62,075 nucleotides of DNA from Minisyncoccota bacterium (GTDB taxonomy: Bacteria > Patescibacteriota > Minisyncoccia > Phycocordibacterales > UBA1006). Positions 45,928 through 52,491 of the stretch are shown one piece after another. The DNA is taken from contig JAIPIY010000003.1 in NCBI GenBank assembly GCA_021734445.1, forward strand, positions 1-62,075, in the 5' to 3' direction. Made by a program: the position numbers and the translations under genes. A model generated the notes under the pieces. That model did no database searches, was not told where the DNA came from, and saw only the letters and a program-made list of their open reading frames with translations. Numbering within the stretch: position 1 is the first letter of the stretch; each line of letters starts with the position of its first letter.

Positions 45928-46967
45928 TATTCCATAATCACTGGTTCTTGTTCTAATGTAATACCAAATGTTTTTTTCACGGTTGTAATAATTTCATCTC
46001 GAAATGCAAAAACCTCTTTGCTGGTAATATTTCCATGATTCACCAACACCAGTGCATTGTGTTCATAGGTTCCTATATTGTCTTTTCTCATCCCTTTGAA
46101 ACCTGTTTTTTCAATTAACCAACCTGCAGGTATTTTTACCAACGTATCAGAAATTACAAATGATGGCATATCGGGATATGTTTGTATCAAATTATCATAC
46201 TGAGTCTTTTCAATAATAGGATTTTTGAAAAACGATCCCACATTAGCAATATTTTTTGGATCAGGTAATTTTTTACTGCGTATTTCACTAATAACATTTC
46301 GTATATCAAGAACCGTTGGAGCAGAAATTTCTTTTTGGTGTAATGCATCTGCAACACCTTGATAATTTGGTACAGATGGTGGTAATTTTGAAAGTTTAAA
46401 AACAACATGAGTAATAATTGTTTTTCCCCGTAATGATTGTTTGAAAATACTGTCTCTGTATGCAAATAGGCATTCATTTTTTAATAACGTATGAGATTCA
46501 CCTGTTTTAATATCAACATACTGTATCTGTATTATTGTGTCAGAAACTTCGGCTCCATATGCACCAATGTTTTGCACAGGCGATGCACCCACAGTACCAG
46601 GGATACTGGATAATGCCTCAATTCCACTCCAACCATGTTCTACCGTATATGCAACAAATGCATCCCAGGATTCACCTCCACCGACCGAAATTTCTACACA
46701 TTCGTCATCTTCTTTTACAATTTCAATTCCCAAAATACACATACGTATAGTAACACCAAGAAAATCTTGTTCTGATACGACAACGTTTGTCCCTGATCCC
46801 AAAATACGCAATGGCAAATTAGATAATCGTGCGAATTCTAGAACCTGTTGTAGTTCATCCGCATTTGTTACATCAGCAACATACCGAGAAATACCACCAA
46901 CGCGTAGTGCAGTTTCTTGTGACAAAGGAATATTTTCTCGAATACATGATGGAATATTATTTTTCAT
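45927..46967 (-). CDS. murB: UDP-N-acetylenolpyruvoylglucosamine reductase MurB
   Basis: FAD-binding PCMH-type N-terminus (LRVGGISRYVADV...LGSGTNVV) and a MurB C-terminal domain. Start MKNNIPS at 46967 is preferred over 47045. Confidence 0.8.
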   Translation of the reverse strand: MKNNIPSCIRENIPLSQETALRVGGISRYVADVTNADELQQVLEFARLSNLPLRILGSGTNVVVSEQDFLGVTIRMCILGIEIVKEDDECVEISVGGGESWDAFVAYTVEHGWSGIEALSSIPGTVGASPVQNIGAYGAEVSDTIIQIQYVDIKTGESHTLLKNECLFAYRDSIFKQSLRGKTIITHVVFKLSKLPPSVPNYQGVADALHQKEISAPTVLDIRNVISEIRSKKLPDPKNIANVGSFFKNPIIEKTQYDNLIQTYPDMPSFVISDTLVKIPAGWLIEKTGFKGMRKDNIGTYEHNALVLVNHGNITSKEVFAFRDEIITTVKKTFGITLEQEPVIME

Positions 46968-47008
46968 AGTATGTACAAAATATATCATATATGCTATATA
47001 TATACAAT

Positions 47009-48529
47009 ATGAATATAACATCAAGTACGGCAAAAATTGGTGCATTGATTAAAAAGACTCGTGAAGAAAAAGGCATGACCCAGGGTGAATTGGCAAAGGC
47101 TTTAAAAACGTCTCAAAGCGCTGTTGCGCGCATGGAATCAGGAAAGCAAAATTTTACCACCAGCCAGTTAGTTAAAATTGGTGAAGTATTAGAACGCCGT
47201 ATTGTAGAGCTATCTCGGGGTGGAAACGATTTTGAAATTCAGGGTGGACATAAACTATCTGGAACCATTACCACAAAAACATCAAAAAATGGTGCGCTGG
47301 GATTATTGTGTGCTTCCCTATTAAACAAAGGGAAAACCACATTGCATAATATACCGAATATCGAAGAAATTCACCGCATTATAGAAATCTACGAAAGTAT
47401 CGGAGTAGATGTAGAATGGTTATCAGAAAATAGCCTTCGTATTCAGCCGCCAAAAAAATTCAAATTAGATAATCTAGATAAAGAAGCAGCTGGGAAAATC
47501 CGATCTGCATTAATGATGATTGGTGCATTAATTCATACAGAAAAAGATTTTCAATTACCTCATGCGGGTGGATGCAAAATGGGTGAACGTACCATTGTTG
47601 CTCATAAACATGGATTGGAATCTTTTGGCGTATCTATTAAAACAGAACAACATGCATATCATATTACCAACAAAAAACTAAAACCAGCTACTGTTGTATT
47701 ATACGAAGCCAGTGACACAGCAACAGAAAATATTCTTATTGCCGCATCCGGCATCGCGGGTACTTCGGTTATAGAATTCGCACAACAAAATTATATGGTA
47801 CTGGATGTATGTTATTATCTGACAAAATTGGGTGTAAAAATAGATGGTATACATACACATACTCTGACTATCACCGGTAAAAAAAATATTAATGCCGATG
47901 TAGAACATTACAACAGTGAAGATCCCATAGAATCGATGATGTTAATTTCTGCAGCTATTGTTACTAAATCAGAACTCACTATCACACGATGCTCTATTGA
48001 TTTCTTGAAACGAGAATTATTAGTTTTGGAAAATATGGGCCTTCGATACAAACAAACAAAACCCTATCTTTCACATAATAAAAAAACGAGATTGGTTGAT
48101 ATTACGATATTCCCATCAAAATTACATGCAATATCTGATAAGATTCACGCGACACCCTATCCAGGAATTAATACCGACAACCTACCATTTTTTGTACCTA
48201 TTGCAACTCAGGCAAAAGGAACAACCTTGATTCATGATTGGATGTGGGAAAATCGTGCAATTTATTTTACTGAATTAAACCGTTTAGGTGCCCATATCAG
48301 TCTGGCTGATCCACACCGTGTATTTATCGAAGGACCAACAAAACTACAATCAACCCAGATCGTATGTCCGCCAGCATTACGACCATCAACTATGATATTT
48401 GTTGCAATGTTAGGTGCAGAAGGGACATCAACATTGCGCAATGTATATGCAATCAAACGTGGCTATGAAAATATTGTAGAACGATTAAATGCTATTGGTG
48501 CACGTATTAAACATCTAGATGATTTATAA
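47009..48529 (+). CDS. murA: XRE-family HTH domain fused to UDP-N-acetylglucosamine 1-carboxyvinyltransferase (MurA)
   Basis: Residues 1-70 or so (KIGALIKKTREEKGMTQGELAKALKTSQSAVARMESGKQN) form a Cro/C1-type HTH. The remainder is MurA/EPSP-fold, with the active-site region LPHAGGCKMGERTI. Confidence 0.8.
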   Translation: MNITSSTAKIGALIKKTREEKGMTQGELAKALKTSQSAVARMESGKQNFTTSQLVKIGEVLERRIVELSRGGNDFEIQGGHKLSGTITTKTSKNGALGLLCASLLNKGKTTLHNIPNIEEIHRIIEIYESIGVDVEWLSENSLRIQPPKKFKLDNLDKEAAGKIRSALMMIGALIHTEKDFQLPHAGGCKMGERTIVAHKHGLESFGVSIKTEQHAYHITNKKLKPATVVLYEASDTATENILIAASGIAGTSVIEFAQQNYMVLDVCYYLTKLGVKIDGIHTHTLTITGKKNINADVEHYNSEDPIESMMLISAAIVTKSELTITRCSIDFLKRELLVLENMGLRYKQTKPYLSHNKKTRLVDITIFPSKLHAISDKIHATPYPGINTDNLPFFVPIATQAKGTTLIHDWMWENRAIYFTELNRLGAHISLADPHRVFIEGPTKLQSTQIVCPPALRPSTMIFVAMLGAEGTSTLRNVYAIKRGYENIVERLNAIGARIKHLDDL

Positions 48530-48537
48530 AAAGAAAA

Positions 48538-48569
48538 GCCTTGGACGCACAACGTTGTGCGCCCAAGGC
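48538..48569 (+). terminator. strong hairpin after murA (terminator-like, weak U-tract)
   Basis: GCCTTGGACGCACAACGTTGTGCGCCCAAGGC. Confidence 0.5.
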
Positions 48570-48716
48570 TTGAAAGCTCGATGGTCCAGAGGTATCTGAT
48601 GTTTGTGTTTCCCGATCGCATCATGGCACACATGTGTACGAATCTGCCTGATCCCGGTTCAAAAGTTATCTAGATATCTGAAAGAAAGAACTTTTGTAGA
48701 ATTTTAGCATAAAAAT

Positions 48717-49562
48717 ATGCAGAGACAAAGTCAAAAAAAAGAACAAATCATAGTTATCTGCGGACCAACCGCTACAGGTAAATCTGACCATGCGGTACAA
48801 CTGGCCAAAGAAATTAATGGCGAGGTTATTTCTGCTGATAGCAGGCAAGTCTATCGCGGTATGGATATTGGTAGTGGAAAAATCACGACAGATGAAATGC
48901 AAGGAGTTCCACATTATGGATTAGACATTGTAGACCCTACGGATGATTTTTCTGTTGCACAATATGCAGAATATGCACACAACATTATTGATGATATTAT
49001 AGGGCGAGGCAAAACACCCATCCTATGTGGAGGCACTGGTTTTTTTATTGATGCAGTTATTCATGACCGTCAATTCCCCGCTGTTCCACCAAATGAAAAC
49101 CTTCGAAAAGAACTATCGACAAAAACTACAGAAGAATTATTTCTACAATTACAATCATTGGATTCAGAATATGCAAACATTATTGATCAACATAATCCAC
49201 ACCGATTGATCCGGGCCATAGAAATAGCAACCGAATTGGGTTCTGTCCCCCCGCTAGAAACCCCAAAATCGCGTTATAACGCAGAAATTATCCATATTGA
49301 TAAACCAGACCCGGAATTGCGCGAACGCATCAAAAAACGGCTTATAACGCGTTTGGAGCAAGGTATGGCGGCCGAAGCACAACACCTGTATGATTCCGGA
49401 GTATCCTGGGAACGACTAGAAGGTTTTGGGCTGGAATATCGATATATTGCAGAATTTCTCCAAGGCAAAATCACCCACGAACAAATGATCGAAGAGATCA
49501 CAAATAAAAGCTGGCAGTATGCGAAAAGACAGAGAACATGGTTTAAGAAATATGTTCATTAG
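48717..49562 (+). CDS. miaA: tRNA dimethylallyltransferase
   Basis: IIVICGPTATGKSDHAVQLA P-loop, VISADSRQVYRGMDIGSGK, and C-terminal YAKRQRTWFKK. Confidence 0.9.
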   Translation: MQRQSQKKEQIIVICGPTATGKSDHAVQLAKEINGEVISADSRQVYRGMDIGSGKITTDEMQGVPHYGLDIVDPTDDFSVAQYAEYAHNIIDDIIGRGKTPILCGGTGFFIDAVIHDRQFPAVPPNENLRKELSTKTTEELFLQLQSLDSEYANIIDQHNPHRLIRAIEIATELGSVPPLETPKSRYNAEIIHIDKPDPELRERIKKRLITRLEQGMAAEAQHLYDSGVSWERLEGFGLEYRYIAEFLQGKITHEQMIEEITNKSWQYAKRQRTWFKKYVH

Positions 49563-49941
49563 TATATTCTTTTGTTTTTTTATCAGGTGCAATATCGTAG
49601 ATTTCTTTTGGATCAATAGCCAAAAGACCATATAAATTCCTTTCAGGAAAAGTAACACTGACCCAGTTTTTCATTTCTTCATATAATTCCCCGGTGGTTA
49701 TATAATCAACGGGTCCCTTGATTTGATATCCAAACATATCAGACCATGCAACCAATGCAATATAATTATTTTGTGTAATATTTTCTTGTGTCTTGCCCAT
49801 AAAATAATTCATCAGGATAATTTTATTGTCTCTTATTTTTAATGTAGACACAGGAATAACATTCATAATTCCTTGGGGAGATATTGTTGCCAACGCCTTT
49901 GATTCTGCTGCGAGTAAAAATTTTTGTATGTGAGTTTCCAT
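49543..49941 (-). CDS. pyridoxamine 5'-phosphate oxidase-like FMN-binding split-barrel protein
   Basis: 132 aa; the pattern of ALATISPQG..NVIPV...ALVAWS...GYQIKG resembles the PNPOx-like family. Confidence 0.4.
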   Translation of the reverse strand: METHIQKFLLAAESKALATISPQGIMNVIPVSTLKIRDNKIILMNYFMGKTQENITQNNYIALVAWSDMFGYQIKGPVDYITTGELYEEMKNWVSVTFPERNLYGLLAIDPKEIYDIAPDKKTKEYTNEHIS

Positions 49942-49995
49942 AATATTAAATTAAATCTTATAAAATTGAGTTATTAGATACAGTAGTGTATACTT

Positions 49996-50025
49996 GTACT
50001 ATATAGATAACCATCTATATAGTAC
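49996..50025. promoter_or_regulatory. 30-bp perfect palindrome; probable operator of the ArsR-family regulator
   Basis: GTACTATATAGAT-AACC-ATCTATATAGTAC, ending 22 bp upstream of the arsR-like start codon. Confidence 0.55.
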
Positions 50026-50047
50026 AATATCATAATCATCTCATAAT

Positions 50048-50401
50048 ATGAAGAAAAAAACTCAAAAGAAACCAATCTTATCTAAAAGTCAAAAAACCTA
50101 TCCTCGACCATCGTGGGTTCCAGATTCTATTCTCTCGGAAAAAGAATTATGCCCCGATTGCTTCAAGGTGGTTGGCGAACGCAGTCGATATAATGTCGTA
50201 TGCATATTAGGTAAAGAAAAAGACGGATTAACGGTTACAGAAATAACCAAAAAGCTATCTTTGACGCAGCCAACGATATCTCATCATCTTAATGCTCTAC
50301 AATCTGTAGATGCAGTAACAGTTACTAAAAATGGTACGGAACGTATTTTTAAATTAAATCGCGAAGCACATTGTTTTGAAGAGTGTAAAATACCTTATTA
50401 A
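50048..50401 (+). CDS. ArsR/SmtB-family transcriptional regulator
   Basis: LSLTQPTISHHLNALQSVDAVTV is a typical ArsR-type wHTH. N-terminal CPDC and C-terminal Cys residues could bind metal. Confidence 0.7.
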   Translation: MKKKTQKKPILSKSQKTYPRPSWVPDSILSEKELCPDCFKVVGERSRYNVVCILGKEKDGLTVTEITKKLSLTQPTISHHLNALQSVDAVTVTKNGTERIFKLNREAHCFEECKIPY

Positions 50402-50414
50402 TAATTTTTATTTC

Positions 50415-51659
50415 ATGTTTACATATTTTTTTTTAGAAACATTAGCGGGTTTGATTGGTTTTAGTGCTTTTATAATAATTCTATATGTTATTTGGAAAAA
50501 AGGAATAAAAATATCTTTATTTCAAGACAGATATTTTTTGTTTGTGTTTGGTTTATTTATTCTCATGGTTGGTATGGGTTTTTTTGCAAATAAAACATAT
50601 CCGCCGAACTTTGCGATGCCGTCTTTTATGCATTCACATGCCCCAGGCGGACTCCCGCCATCTATTCCTTTTGCTAAAATTATAGATTTTTTTAGATATG
50701 AAAATCGTTTCGATAAGGTTACTGATATTGGTGCGGACCCAACAGTTGTTCCGGAAAAACCCCAAACCCCTGATGCGGACGGTATTGTGCGCATTAGCTT
50801 GACTGCACAAGAAGTTCTTTCAGAAATATCTCCAGGAATTTATTTCAATTATTGGACATACAATAAACAAGTTCCTGGTCCAATGCTTCGTATACGTGAA
50901 GGCGATACAGTAGAATTAACACTTACAAATGATCCATCAAGCCTTCATGATCATAATATAGACCTACATGCGGTTACAGGCCCAGGAGGTGGGGCTTCAA
51001 TTACTCATGTTGCACCCGGAGAAACAAAAACATTTAGATGGAAAGCATTAAACCCAGGACTTTATATATATCATTGTGCGATGCCAAATGTTTCTACACA
51101 TAATTCACATGGGCAATACGGAATGATTTTAGTTGATCCAAAAGAAGGGCTTGCCGAAGTTGATAAAGAATTTTATGTTATGCAGGGAGAACTTTACACT
51201 ATGGGACAATTGGGTAAAAAAGGTCTTGTTGCTTTTGATTCTAACGCCTTAATTGATGGTCAACCAAATTATATAACATTTAATGGTCGCATTGAAACAA
51301 CGCCCCGAATGCAAGCAAAAGTGGGAGATAAGATTCGTATGTATGTTGGTAATGGTGGCGTAAACCTCATTTCATCTTTTCATGTAATTGGTGAGATTTT
51401 TGATACTGTGTATCCAAATGCAAGTATCGGTGGCGCAATAGAATATAATACACAAGCAACTGCTGTCCTACCTGGTGGAGCGAGTATTGTGGAATTTACG
51501 GTTGATGTCCCTGGTAAATACTTACTTGTAGATCATGCTCTTGCACGGATGAATAAGGGTGCGTGGGCAGTACTTGAGGTGACGGGAGATGAGAACCCAG
51601 AGATATTTAAAAAGATTGAAACCAAAACAAATATGTCAGAAGACATGGAAATGCATTAA
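50415..51659 (+). CDS. nirK: copper-containing nitrite reductase (NirK-type) with N-terminal membrane anchor
   Basis: HDHNIDLHAVTGPGGG and YIYHCAMPNVSTHNSHGQYGMILV match the NirK type-1/type-2 Cu ligand blocks. A start at 50376 is possible but overlaps the arsR-like gene. Confidence 0.8.
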   Translation: MFTYFFLETLAGLIGFSAFIIILYVIWKKGIKISLFQDRYFLFVFGLFILMVGMGFFANKTYPPNFAMPSFMHSHAPGGLPPSIPFAKIIDFFRYENRFDKVTDIGADPTVVPEKPQTPDADGIVRISLTAQEVLSEISPGIYFNYWTYNKQVPGPMLRIREGDTVELTLTNDPSSLHDHNIDLHAVTGPGGGASITHVAPGETKTFRWKALNPGLYIYHCAMPNVSTHNSHGQYGMILVDPKEGLAEVDKEFYVMQGELYTMGQLGKKGLVAFDSNALIDGQPNYITFNGRIETTPRMQAKVGDKIRMYVGNGGVNLISSFHVIGEIFDTVYPNASIGGAIEYNTQATAVLPGGASIVEFTVDVPGKYLLVDHALARMNKGAWAVLEVTGDENPEIFKKIETKTNMSEDMEMH

Positions 51660-51668
51660 TTAAATACT

Positions 51669-51696
51669 AAAAAAAGTGACAATGGTCACTCTTTTA
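51669..51696 (+). terminator. Rho-independent terminator after nirK
   Basis: AAAAAAAGTGAC-AATG-GTCACTCTTTT. Confidence 0.65.
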
Positions 51697-51789
51697 GTAT
51701 TTATGCAAAGTTCGAATGTCTCAAATGGGTCAATTTTTGACCTAATAAAAACACTTACAAACTAAAGCATCTCGTGCTACCTGTTAAAG

Positions 51790-51987
51790 GCGGGCCCACG
51801 AGGATTCGGTCACTCTCGTGGATTTTTTATTTCTCCGCTAGTTGGCGGATTATAAAAAATCTCACTCACTCGACCCCCACTCGCCGGTTCTGTTATCGCA
51901 GGCTTCGCACCGGCTCGGTTCGAATCCTCGTCATTCCGCGCATCGACAACCCAATCGGGTAATTAGACATTACCCTTTCGGGTCGTT
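51790..51987 (-). repeat. tRNA-linked structured element, copy C1 (3' of tRNA-Trp)
   Basis: The 19-nt direct repeat GCGGGCCCACGAGGATTCG (51790-51808) equals 51988-52006 inside tRNA-Trp. There is an 11-bp closing helix ACGAGGATTCG (51798-51808)/CGAATCCTCGT (51921-51931). The internal blocks are shared with the copies at 60667-60786 and 61214-61328. Confidence 0.8.
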
Positions 51988-51988
51988 G

Positions 51989-52059
51989 CGGGCCCACGAG
52001 GATTCGAACCTCGGTCAACGGTTTTGGAGACCGCTATTCTACCACTGAACTATAGGCCC
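51989..52059 (-). tRNA. tRNA-Trp (anticodon CCA)
   Basis: GGGCCTATAGTTCAGTGGTAGAATAGCGGTCTCCAAAACCGTTGACCGAGGTTCGAATCCTCGTGGGCCCG; anticodon loop CTCCAAA; CCA not encoded. Confidence 0.9.
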
Positions 52060-52085
52060 TTATATTTAAAACAAATCCAGTATAA

Positions 52086-52114
52086 CAAAAAAGTAGCCGT
52101 GTGGCTACTTTTTT
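52086..52114. terminator. bidirectional terminator hairpin
   Basis: AAAAAAGTAGCC-GTGT-GGCTACTTTTTT between tRNA-Tyr and tRNA-Trp. Confidence 0.6.
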
Positions 52115-52343
52115 GATTCATTGAAAGTGATGTGCTTTCGCAGAGTTTTACTATATTTTCGAAGTTTTAGTTTGAATGAAGCCAACTTTTTCTTGTTCTT
52201 AAAAGTCGGGTATACATCCCCCTTTGCTTCTTTGCTTTTTAAATATATAAGGTTATCTTGTGACATAGGATTCTATTACGCTTGTAGCTCTCTGATATTA
52301 CTATAAAACCAATTAAAAATCAACCTCTCACTACTGTTGACTG

Positions 52344-52426
52344 TGCCGTGGGCAGGATTTGAACCTGCGTAGCCCGAAGACGTCTGATTTACAGTCAGAT
52401 GCGATTGACCACTCCGCCACCACGGC
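52344..52426 (-). tRNA. tRNA-Tyr (anticodon GUA), long variable arm
   Basis: GCCGTGGTGGCGGAGTGGTCAATCGCATCTGACTGTAAATCAGACGTCTTCGGGCTACGCAGGTTCAAATCCTGCCCACGGCA. Confidence 0.9.
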
Positions 52427-52491
52427 ATGTACGTTTTACATGCACACTAAACGTACCACCACTGTACACAAAAATGAACAATTATGCAAGA

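Noticed and set aside
51915-51935. A GGTTCGAATCC T-loop-like motif on the plus strand suggested a second tRNA or the 3' end of a tmRNA.
   Set aside because: The flanking bases do not form a T-stem (CTCGG vs CCTCG), and no acceptor partner or ACCA tail follows. The motif is instead the 3' arm of the 11-bp closing helix of element C1. No tag-peptide reading frame or GGGG...ACCA pairing could be found.
51774-52048. ORF-track entries 51774-51962 and 51842-52048. The same applies to 45704-45889, 60318-60629, 60828-61016, 60986-61168, 61093-61419 and 61111-61506.
   Set aside because: They lie across tRNA genes and the tRNA-linked structured elements, have no start context, and translate tRNA or antisense-tRNA sequence. 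I treat them as spurious.
52121-52306. A 61-aa ORF between tRNA-Trp and tRNA-Tyr.
   Set aside because: It has no promoter or RBS-like context and a Phe/Leu/Ser-rich low-complexity translation, and it sits in a tRNA spacer. It is probably non-coding.
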